This document shows, in pieces, positions 9,418 through 17,069 of a DNA stretch of 53,074 bases. This DNA comes from Rhodothermales bacterium. GTDB lineage: Bacteria; Bacteroidota; Rhodothermia; Rhodothermales; JABDKH01. A program made the translations under genes and the position numbers. The DNA is taken from contig JBFHWK010000002.1 of assembly GCA_041589075.1 (NCBI GenBank), positions 1-53,074 of the forward strand, in the 5' to 3' direction. Positions within the stretch are counted from its first letter, which is position 1. Each line of letters begins with the position of its first letter. The notes under the pieces are model-generated. The model made no database searches. It was not told the origin of the DNA and was given only the letters and a program-made list of their open reading frames with translations.

Positions 9418-11046
9418 ATGAACAAAACGATATATAACGAACACCATCGACACGGAGCCTGCCTCCACCACGGGCACGCTCACGAACAGGATCACAGGCG
9501 CTGGTCGCGCCGCGACTTCCTCAGCTGCATGGGGCTGGCTGCCGCCGGTACGATCGTGAGCGTCGGCGGCCACACGGTACGCGCGTTCGGTCAGACGCCA
9601 CTGATGGCCGCGCTTCAAGGCGCCGCCACGGACCGCATCCTTGTCCTCATTCAGCTAAACGGCGGCAACGACGGACTGAACACGGTCATTCCGGTCGAAA
9701 ACGACATCTACTACAACAACAGGCGGACCATCGCCATCCCAAAAAACGCCGCTCTCTTGCTCGACAACGAGACCGGACTTCACCCGGCGATGACGCCCCT
9801 CGAAAGCCTGTGGCTCGACGGCAAGATGGCGCTCGTTCATAACGTGGGCTACGAGCGTCAGACGCGGAGTCACTTCGAGGGCACGATCAACTGGTCGACC
9901 GCGCGTGACCAGGGTTCGTCAGAGAGCACCGGATGGCTCGCCCGTTACCTGATGGAAGAGCACCCCGACTTTTTCACGAATCCCCTCGACTACCCGCTGG
10001 CTGTACGTGTAGGCGGACCAGCTACTCTGTTTCAGAGCACCTCGGGCAACCTGGCCGTCACGTTCAGCGATGCGAGCGACCTGGAGCGATTCGTGCAGCA
10101 AGGCGGATTCTATGACACGGACAACGTACCCGCGACGGTATACGGTCAGGAGTTGTCGTTTGTCCGAAATGTCACCAACGCATCATTCCGATACGTCGCG
10201 GCCGTTCAAGACGCATCGGAAGCTGGGACAAATCTGGCCGCCTATCCTGGTGGTAGTCTTGCATCCAGTCTGTCGGTCGTTGCGCGGATGCTGCGCGGAG
10301 GACTCCCCACGAACCTGTACACCGTAAGCCGGAGCGGCTTCGACACGCACTCCAGCCAGGGTGGCACGGAGGGCAGTCACGCCGGGCTGCTGGGTGATCT
10401 GGCCGCCTCCGTCGCGGCGTTCATGGCAGACCTTGCTCAGGATGGACTCGACAGGCGCGTGGCCGTCATGACGTTTTCGGAGTTCGGCCGGACGCTTGCC
10501 GAGAACGGCTCCCGGGGAACAGACCACGGCGCCGGCGCGCCCCTCCTCCTCTTCGGCGCGGGCCTAGCCGGCGGCATGTACGGCACGGCGTCGAATCTCC
10601 TTGACTTGGACGGCCGCGATCCCCGCTACACAACCGATTACCGATCCGCATACGCGACGCTGCTGCAGGACTGGATAGGGCTGCCGGCAGCATCGGTGGA
10701 CGACCTGCTCGGCGGATCGTTTGAAAGGCTCGGATTCGTGGAGGATCGCGCGGCGGTCGGTACTGAGCGTACCGAAACGCCCGAAGGCTTCGAACTGCAT
10801 CAGAACTACCCGAATCCGTTCAATCCGTCGACAACCATCCGCTTCGAGTTGCCCACGGCGACACACGCTTATCTGGCCGTCTACGATGTGCAGGGCCGCC
10901 GCCTTGCCGTGCTCGTCGACCGCACACTCGGTGCCGGCAAGCACGAGGTCGGATTTCGAAGCGGACAGCTCCCGTCAGGAACCTATACGTACCGGCTTCA
11001 AACGGAGCGCGGCTCTTTTGCACGCGCCATGGTCATCACCAAGTAA
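9418..11046 (+). CDS. DUF1501 family protein (sulfatase/alkaline-phosphatase-like) with a twin-arginine signal and a T9SS C-terminal sorting domain (copy 1)
   Basis: 542 aa. The N-terminus is HHRHGACLHHGHAHEQDHRRWSRRDFLSCMGLAAAGTIVSV (an RR motif followed by a hydrophobic stretch). Core blocks are RILVLIQLNGGNDGLNTVIP, GFDTHSSQ, MTFSEFGRTLAENGSRGTDHGAGAP. The C-terminus is LHQNYPNPFNPSTTIRFELP...LPSGTYTYRL. Confidence 0.88.
   Translation: MNKTIYNEHHRHGACLHHGHAHEQDHRRWSRRDFLSCMGLAAAGTIVSVGGHTVRAFGQTPLMAALQGAATDRILVLIQLNGGNDGLNTVIPVENDIYYNNRRTIAIPKNAALLLDNETGLHPAMTPLESLWLDGKMALVHNVGYERQTRSHFEGTINWSTARDQGSSESTGWLARYLMEEHPDFFTNPLDYPLAVRVGGPATLFQSTSGNLAVTFSDASDLERFVQQGGFYDTDNVPATVYGQELSFVRNVTNASFRYVAAVQDASEAGTNLAAYPGGSLASSLSVVARMLRGGLPTNLYTVSRSGFDTHSSQGGTEGSHAGLLGDLAASVAAFMADLAQDGLDRRVAVMTFSEFGRTLAENGSRGTDHGAGAPLLLFGAGLAGGMYGTASNLLDLDGRDPRYTTDYRSAYATLLQDWIGLPAASVDDLLGGSFERLGFVEDRAAVGTERTETPEGFELHQNYPNPFNPSTTIRFELPTATHAYLAVYDVQGRRLAVLVDRTLGAGKHEVGFRSGQLPSGTYTYRLQTERGSFARAMVITK
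10789..11043 (+). other. T9SS (Por) type-A C-terminal sorting domain of DUF1501 copy 1
   Basis: The last ~85 aa read FELHQNYPNPFNPSTTIRFELPTATHAYLAVYDVQGRRLAVLVDRTLGAGKHEVGFRSGQLPSGTYTYRLQTERGSFARAMVITK. This carries the hallmark NYPNPFNP, V(Y/F)D..GR and LPSG.Y.Y motifs. Confidence 0.8.
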
Positions 11047-11086
11047 GTAGTACCTGCCTCTTTCCCAGCTCGTGAATACAACCGAC

Positions 11087-12157
11087 ATGAAACGAAAGAT
11101 GTTGTTTCGCAGTTCGCTGCGCCGTTCGCGGCCGTGCTCGCCCCTGATCGTGGTAACGGCCGTCGTGCCCGCGCTCCTGCTGTCGGCGTGCGACTTCTTC
11201 GCCGCCGGAGACTCGCCCACAACGGGCCCCGGCAACCTGCGACCCGTCCAGGTCGACGGCAAGTGGGGCTACGTCAGCAGTGAAGGACGCATCACGATCG
11301 TGCCGACGTACGAGGCCGCCGCGGATTTCTCCGAGGGCATGGCCGCCGTACGGGTCGGCGTGGACTGGGGATATGTGAATGAAGCCGGCGAACTGACGAT
11401 TCCTGCGTCCTACCGAGCAGCCGGTCGTTTCTCCGAAGGCCTTGGCGCCGTAAGAGGAACGGAGGCAGGCGCGCTATACGGCTACATCAACGCCGAAGGC
11501 GTTCAGACCGTCAGTGCCCAGTTTGAGTTTGCCTTGGCTTTTTCGGAGGGTATGGCGGCTGTGCGTGTCGCCGGTCAGTGGGGCTTCGTCGACGCCGCCG
11601 GCACCACGGTCATATCTCCACAGTACAGTGATGCCCGGTCCTTCTCGGAAGGACTCGCTGCCGTCGAGGGTCCGGACGGATGGATCTACATCGACCGCAA
11701 TGGAGATGTCGCAATCGATCCGTCCTTCGCGATCGAGTTTGCCGGCGACTTCTCCGGTGGCATGGCGGCATTCGCAACGCCGGCCGGCTGGGGCTTCCTG
11801 GACAGAAGCGGAAGGCCGGCGATAGCGCCACAGTACGAGGCGGCCGGCCCTTTTTCAGGCGGACTCGCGGCTGTGCAGAACGAACTGTGGGAGTACATCG
11901 ACACCGAAGGGCGGACGGTAATACCTCCGCAGTTCCGCGAGGCCGGCCCATTCTCGGAAGGCCTTGCGGCCGTTCGGTTCAACAATAAGTGGACGTACGT
12001 CAGCAAGAAGACGGCGACGATAGCCATCGACCGTGAATTCTTGACGGCCGCGCCTTTTGAGGGCGGGGTAGCCCGCGTCAGCACTGGCAGCGCCGAGTCG
12101 GAGAATATCGGCTACATCGATACCGGCGGCAGATACGTCTGGTATCCAACCAACTGA
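11087..12157 (+). CDS. WG-repeat (KWG-type) lipoprotein, nine repeats (copy 1)
   Basis: Lipobox ALLLSAC. There are nine ~35-aa repeats of the form FSEG(L/M)AAV....(K/Q)WG(Y/F)(V/I)(D/N)..G...I.P.(Y/F). It ends in GRYVWYPTN. The track start is GTG 11072; the ATG at 11087 (MKRKMLF...) is preferred. Confidence 0.85.
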   Translation: MKRKMLFRSSLRRSRPCSPLIVVTAVVPALLLSACDFFAAGDSPTTGPGNLRPVQVDGKWGYVSSEGRITIVPTYEAAADFSEGMAAVRVGVDWGYVNEAGELTIPASYRAAGRFSEGLGAVRGTEAGALYGYINAEGVQTVSAQFEFALAFSEGMAAVRVAGQWGFVDAAGTTVISPQYSDARSFSEGLAAVEGPDGWIYIDRNGDVAIDPSFAIEFAGDFSGGMAAFATPAGWGFLDRSGRPAIAPQYEAAGPFSGGLAAVQNELWEYIDTEGRTVIPPQFREAGPFSEGLAAVRFNNKWTYVSKKTATIAIDREFLTAAPFEGGVARVSTGSAESENIGYIDTGGRYVWYPTN

Positions 12158-12158
12158 C

Positions 12159-13238
12159 ATGCGAGAAAAGACAATGAACCGCAAGAACGCAAACATGAGG
12201 TCCGGCCGGATTCTGTTCGCCGCCGCTGTCGTACTGCCACTCCTGTTGACACTCTCTGCATGCGACATGTTGCCGGGAGTCGGCGACGACGAAATCAGTC
12301 AGACAGCCTTACTGCCTGTGCGAATTGACGGCGAGTGGGGTTACGTAGATTCTGACGGCCGCATCGCGATCGAACCTGACTTCAGGGATGCTGACTATTT
12401 CTCAGAGGGCGTGGCAGCGGTTCGGCAGTCGTCGCGCTACGGGTATATCGACGCAAGCGGGACCTCTGTCATCGACCCGCGTTTCGAGTATGCAGGTCCG
12501 TTCTCGGAAGGACTGGCAGCTGCTCGAATCGACGGACGCTGGGGATACATAGACAAGTCCGGGGCCGTTGTAATCAATCCGCGTTTCGTTCACGCCGGAA
12601 GATTCGTGGATGGGCGGGCGTTTGTTCGCACCGTCGAATACGACTATGAGTATATCGACAAGTCAGGCAACATCGTGCGCACTTCCGATACGCCGGAGTT
12701 CGACAGCAACGAGAACGCCGAGTTCTCCGAGGGTCTTGCACTCTACGAAAGCCGTGATGGGAACTACGGGTTCATCGATCGGAGCGGCAACCCCGTGATA
12801 CCGGCTCGCTATGTGGCGGCCCGCGGATTCACGGAGGGCAAGGCAGCCATAAAGATCTCGGACCGCTGGGGGTTTATCGACCGCGCCAGCGTGACCGTGA
12901 TCACTCCTCAGTTCATTTCAGCGGGCAGTTTCGGAGATGGTCTGGCGCCGGTACGGCAAGACGCCAACACGTGGGGCTTTGTGGACGACAGGGGCAACCT
13001 AGTCATCGACCCGCGCTTCGAGGACGCACGAGCCTTTCACGACGGCGCCGCGGCCGTGCTCCTGAACGGCAAGTGGGGGTACGTAAATACCCGGGGCGAA
13101 ATGATTACGGCTCCAGAATTCGACGAAGCGGCCGATTTCCATAACGGGTCCGGCCGCGTGACCGTGTTCGTTGGTGAGCGAACCAAACACGGCTACGTCG
13201 ATCGCGAAGGGCGATACATCTGGTATCCGACGGACTGA
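12159..13238 (+). CDS. WG-repeat (KWG-type) lipoprotein, nine repeats (copy 2)
   Basis: Lipobox LLTLSAC and the same nine-repeat architecture (EWGYVD, RYGYID, RWGYID, YEYID, YGFID, RWGFID, TWGFVD, KWGYVN, HGYVD). It ends in GRYIWYPTD. It starts 1 nt after the stop of copy 1. Confidence 0.85.
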   Translation: MREKTMNRKNANMRSGRILFAAAVVLPLLLTLSACDMLPGVGDDEISQTALLPVRIDGEWGYVDSDGRIAIEPDFRDADYFSEGVAAVRQSSRYGYIDASGTSVIDPRFEYAGPFSEGLAAARIDGRWGYIDKSGAVVINPRFVHAGRFVDGRAFVRTVEYDYEYIDKSGNIVRTSDTPEFDSNENAEFSEGLALYESRDGNYGFIDRSGNPVIPARYVAARGFTEGKAAIKISDRWGFIDRASVTVITPQFISAGSFGDGLAPVRQDANTWGFVDDRGNLVIDPRFEDARAFHDGAAAVLLNGKWGYVNTRGEMITAPEFDEAADFHNGSGRVTVFVGERTKHGYVDREGRYIWYPTD

Positions 13239-13407
13239 CAGACGGTTCAGGATGCTTTTGTGACGATTTCGTGACACGAGGGGCCGCGACCGCACGTACT
13301 TCTGATAAGCCGCCTCCGCGACGCGCTCCCGCAGCTTTCCGCGCGTGCGCGTGCCGTCCCCGCGGTTCACACCGAAGACACTTCGGCACTGTGTCAACGA
13401 CAGTTAG

Positions 13408-15006
13408 ATGACATCAGAGGAAAGACGATCGTCGTACGCGGCTCGTATTGCCGAGCTCCTTGACCCCACAGCCTCTGCGCCGCTGGCGATTGAGGCCGGC
13501 CTGGAGCCGTACAACACCGCTCTCGACTCCCGCACCGCCGCCCACCTCCTTCGCCGGAGCGGCTTCGGTGCGGACCCTGTCGAAGTTCGCAACCTGATCG
13601 GTCAGACGGCCGCAGCTGCCGCTGACGCGATTGTGGATGCTGCCGTCACGCTGCCGATGCCGGATCCTCCTTTCTGGGCCAATACGCCACCGCCGAACCG
13701 GGACCCCGGCTCGCCCGAATTTCAGCAGTACCTCGCCGACAACAACCAGTGGCTCGTTGACTACCGGTACGACTGGATCGAACGAATGTATGCCTATGGA
13801 CTGAGGGAGCGTCTAACACTTTTCTGGCACAATCACTTCGTTACGTCTACCGGGTCCTATTTTCTGGCGCCGTTTGCCGATCGCTACATAACGCTGCTTC
13901 GACTGCGCGCGCTCGGCAACTTCCGAGATCTGGTCTTTGACATCGGTACTGACCCGGCGATGCTGCTGTACCTCAACGGCACGCAGAATGAGGTCGGTGC
14001 TCCGAACGAAAACTACGCGCGCGAGCTACTGGAGCTGTTTACGATGGGCCAGTTGGATTCGCAGGGCGCCAGCAACTATTCGGAAGCCGACATACGCGAG
14101 ATCGCACGAGCACTGACAGGATGGAAAGTGGACTTCTTCACACTCCAGTCCTCGTTCAATCCTTTCTTCTTCGACGGCGGCACAAAGACGTTCCTCGGAC
14201 GGACGGGATCGTTCGGATACTCCGATGTAGTCGACATCATCTTCGACGAAAGAAGACTAGAGATTGCCGAGTTCGTGTGCGCGAAGCTCTATCGCGAGTT
14301 TGTGTACGAGGTACCGGACCCTGTAATCGTCTCCGAACTCGCGCAGATCTTCCTCGTCAACAACTTCGACGTTGCTCCCGTCATTAGAACACTGCTGACG
14401 AGCGCGCACTTTTTTGACAACGCCGTTGCCGGAGCCCGGATCAAGAGTCCCGTCGAGTTGGCTACGGGACTGCTCATCGAGTCGCGTGTCCCGCTGCCGG
14501 AGCAGATTTTCACCAATGTCGGAAGGCTGACGTTCTTCATGGAGCAGGTAGTCCTGAACCCACCGAACGTTGCCGGATGGCCCGGATACCACACATGGGT
14601 GTCCACGACCTCGTTACCGATTCGCTGGCTTTCGCCCGACTTCATTCTGACAAACGGAGGCGGTCAGGAACTCCTTGATCTCCTGCCTCTCGCGGAGTCG
14701 GTACACGACCCGGGCGATCCACACGCCGCGTTCCGTTTGCCGTTGGCGCTTGCTGAACATTTCATCCCGGTGAGCATCGACGAACTTGATCTGCCGCCTG
14801 TCGAGGGGGAATTCACCGGCGACCTGATCACCTATCCGATCCCCGACGAATTCCTGAACGGTCCCGCGTATGTCCTCGACCTCGCGAAGCTGTTTCTGGC
14901 TGGTCTTCCGTGGCACGACTGGTACCTATACGCCACCGGCTCGAACGCGCATGTGTATCGCTACATCCGCTTCCTTCTCCAGTTACCAGAGTATCAACTG
15001 TCGTGA
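13408..15006 (+). CDS. DUF1800 family protein (copy 2)
   Basis: 532 aa with the same block order as copy 1: FWHNHFVTS, MLLYLNGTQN, NENYARELLELFTMGQ, IARALTGW, GGTKTFLGRTGSFGYSDVVDI, GARIKSPVEL, LNPPNVAGWPG. No signal peptide is visible. Confidence 0.85.
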   Translation: MTSEERRSSYAARIAELLDPTASAPLAIEAGLEPYNTALDSRTAAHLLRRSGFGADPVEVRNLIGQTAAAAADAIVDAAVTLPMPDPPFWANTPPPNRDPGSPEFQQYLADNNQWLVDYRYDWIERMYAYGLRERLTLFWHNHFVTSTGSYFLAPFADRYITLLRLRALGNFRDLVFDIGTDPAMLLYLNGTQNEVGAPNENYARELLELFTMGQLDSQGASNYSEADIREIARALTGWKVDFFTLQSSFNPFFFDGGTKTFLGRTGSFGYSDVVDIIFDERRLEIAEFVCAKLYREFVYEVPDPVIVSELAQIFLVNNFDVAPVIRTLLTSAHFFDNAVAGARIKSPVELATGLLIESRVPLPEQIFTNVGRLTFFMEQVVLNPPNVAGWPGYHTWVSTTSLPIRWLSPDFILTNGGGQELLDLLPLAESVHDPGDPHAAFRLPLALAEHFIPVSIDELDLPPVEGEFTGDLITYPIPDEFLNGPAYVLDLAKLFLAGLPWHDWYLYATGSNAHVYRYIRFLLQLPEYQLS

Positions 15007-15008
15007 CA

Positions 15009-16646
15009 ATGGACCGAGTGACGGGCAAAACTCGACGAGCAAGGCTGCGGCACGGCAGCTGTCTTGAACACGGTCACGCCCACGGCGTGGACCACGCTTC
15101 GTGGTCCCGGCGTAGCTTCCTGTCGGCGATGGGCATTACGGCCGGGGGGATGTTCGCCTTGAACGGAGTGCCGATGGTCTCCTACGGACGAACGCCGTTG
15201 CTGCGAGCGCTTGGCAGCATCGATACTGATCGAATCCTTGTTCTGATTCAGCTCAATGGCGGAAACGACGGGCTTAACACAATCGTCCCGATACAAAATG
15301 ACATCTACTACAATGCACGCCCGGGTCTGAGCATCTCTGCGGCCCAAACCGTCCCTCTTACGCCTGAGCTTGGGATGCATCCCTCCTTTGGGTCTTTTGA
15401 GACGTTCTACGGCGACGGTAACATGGCCATACTGCAAACCGTCGGTTACCCGTCCCCCAATCTTTCACACTTCCGATCCACCGACATCTGGGTCTCGGCT
15501 AGTGACTCGGACGTCGTACTGGAGACCGGATGGGCCGGACGATACCTCGATACGGAGTTTCCCGACTTCAGCGAGCAGCCCCCGGGTTTCCCGCTTGCGG
15601 TTCAAATAGGCGGCGTCTCCTCCATGCTGTTCCAGGGACCTGATGCCAACATGGGCATGAGCCTGACGAGCGTGGAACTGTTCTCGCAGATCGCGGCGAC
15701 CGGACGGGTTTACGACGAAGAGTCGGTGCCGCAGACCTCGTACGGCAACGAGATGCGATTTGTGCGAGGTGTGGCGAACGACTCCTACCAATACGCAGAT
15801 GTTGTGCAGACTGCTGCTGCACAGGGATCGAATGACGTGGTATACCCGTCGCCCAATCCCCTTGCGGACAACCTTGCGGTGGTTGCGCAGCTCATCAAAG
15901 GTAATCTGGGATCCAAGATCTACGTGACCTCACTCGGGAGCTTCGACACGCACGCAAATCAAGCCGGCGCGCACACGACCCTGCTGCGGTACATCGCCGA
16001 GGCCGTTACAACCTTTTACGCGGATCTGGACCTAGGCGGCCACAAGGACCGGGTCATGGTCATGACGTTCTCGGAGTTCGGACGGCGAGTTGCCCAAAAT
16101 GCGTCCGGGGGAACCGACCACGGTACCTCAGCGCCCCTGTTTGTCTTCGGCGGCGGCGTAACCGGAGGGCTGTACGGTGATACACCCGATCTGTCCGACC
16201 TGGACCTAAATCAGAACCTCAAGCACAGCATCGACTTCCGCAGTGTATATGCCACGGTTCTTGCGGACTGGTTCGGGCTGGGTCTGACGAACACTGCCGC
16301 CGTTCTTGGTGGCGAATTCCCGCGAATCGGTTTTGTAACCGACCCGGCTATGCCAACGTCGAACGAACCCAATGCCGTGCCGGATCAATTCACGCTCCGG
16401 CAGAACTACCCCAATCCTTTCAATCCCACGACCACGATCTCGTACACGCTCGCGGCGCCGTCCCACGTACGGCTATCGGTATTCGACCTCCAGGGCCGTC
16501 TGGTTCAGAGGCTGGTTGACCACCCGAAGGCCGCAGGACCGCATTCGATACCGTTCGACGCCGGAAACCTCCCGAGCGGGACCTACATTTACCGTATCGA
16601 AACAAATTCCGGCAACAGTTCGAGGAAGATGTTGTTGGTTCGGTAG
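15009..16646 (+). CDS. DUF1501 family protein with a twin-arginine signal and a T9SS C-terminal sorting domain (copy 2)
   Basis: The track ORF starts at 14910, inside the upstream gene. The ATG at 15009, 2 nt after the DUF1800 stop, gives MDRVTGKTRRARLRHGSCLEHGHAHGVDHASWSRRSFLSAMGITAGG..., which is colinear with copy 1. Core blocks are RILVLIQLNGGNDGLNTIVP, SFDTHANQ, MTFSEFGRRVAQNASGGTDHGTSAP. The C-terminus is LRQNYPNPFNPTTTISY...LPSGTYIYRI. Confidence 0.88.
   Translation: MDRVTGKTRRARLRHGSCLEHGHAHGVDHASWSRRSFLSAMGITAGGMFALNGVPMVSYGRTPLLRALGSIDTDRILVLIQLNGGNDGLNTIVPIQNDIYYNARPGLSISAAQTVPLTPELGMHPSFGSFETFYGDGNMAILQTVGYPSPNLSHFRSTDIWVSASDSDVVLETGWAGRYLDTEFPDFSEQPPGFPLAVQIGGVSSMLFQGPDANMGMSLTSVELFSQIAATGRVYDEESVPQTSYGNEMRFVRGVANDSYQYADVVQTAAAQGSNDVVYPSPNPLADNLAVVAQLIKGNLGSKIYVTSLGSFDTHANQAGAHTTLLRYIAEAVTTFYADLDLGGHKDRVMVMTFSEFGRRVAQNASGGTDHGTSAPLFVFGGGVTGGLYGDTPDLSDLDLNQNLKHSIDFRSVYATVLADWFGLGLTNTAAVLGGEFPRIGFVTDPAMPTSNEPNAVPDQFTLRQNYPNPFNPTTTISYTLAAPSHVRLSVFDLQGRLVQRLVDHPKAAGPHSIPFDAGNLPSGTYIYRIETNSGNSSRKMLLVR
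16389..16643 (+). other. T9SS type-A C-terminal sorting domain of DUF1501 copy 2
   Basis: FTLRQNYPNPFNPTTTISYTLAAPSHVRLSVFDLQGRLVQRLVDHPKAAGPHSIPFDAGNLPSGTYIYRIETNSGNSSRKMLLVR. Confidence 0.8.
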
Positions 16647-16674
16647 AGGAGTTGATTCCTAACGAGAAGTCACA

Positions 16675-17067
16675 ATGCGTTGTACGTATTCAGCCGGCGT
16701 ACTCGTGCTGGCGGCCCTCCTCTCAACGGGGGCCCGATGCAGTTCCGACGGACCGCCGGCGAATGACGAAGACCTCGTTCGGCTCGAGAATGAGATCCTC
16801 GAAATGATCGGCGATGCCGAGGCGTCGGACGTATCGTTTTGTAGTACTATTGCGTTCGGTTCGAAGCCCTGCGGTGGTCCGTGGCGATACCTGGTGTACT
16901 CGGCTGAGGTAACTGATCCCGACGCCCTCGAGGCAAAGGTGGCGGAGTACAATCGGCTTCAGGCACGCATCAATCGAGAGAAAGGCCTGGCGTCAGACTG
17001 CTCGCTCGCCGTTCAGCCCGTCGTTGAGCTTCGCGACAATGCGTGTGTTGCAGCCGCCGGTAACTGA
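16675..17067 (+). CDS. small secreted cysteine-containing hypothetical protein
   Basis: 130 aa with signal-like GVLVLAALLSTGARC. The mature part has two cysteine pairs (C-x9-C in FCSTIAFGSKPCGG, C-x14-C in DCSLAVQPVVELRDNAC). It lies 28 nt downstream of DUF1501 copy 2 on the same strand. No family is recognised. Confidence 0.55.
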   Translation: MRCTYSAGVLVLAALLSTGARCSSDGPPANDEDLVRLENEILEMIGDAEASDVSFCSTIAFGSKPCGGPWRYLVYSAEVTDPDALEAKVAEYNRLQARINREKGLASDCSLAVQPVVELRDNACVAAAGN

Positions 17068-17069
17068 AG

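Noticed and set aside
14910-15008. N-terminal extension of DUF1501 copy 2 into DUF1800 copy 2. Similar extensions occur at 48035-48205 (sucC), 48057-48155 (lptF/G), 45722-45808 (GNAT), 20309-20428 (HTTM-like), 35815-35916 (DUF4270-like) and 4090-4173 (thioesterase).
   Set aside because: The internal start codons reproduce canonical N-termini or signal peptides and remove the gene overlaps. The longest-ORF starts in the track include GTG/TTG codons and are not credible.
7803-16646. The idea that the DUF1800/DUF1501 duplication is a recent or mobile-element-mediated event
   Set aside because: The two copies differ at many positions outside the conserved blocks at the protein level. I also saw no flanking direct or inverted repeats, transposase or integrase. 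This looks like an old paralogy.
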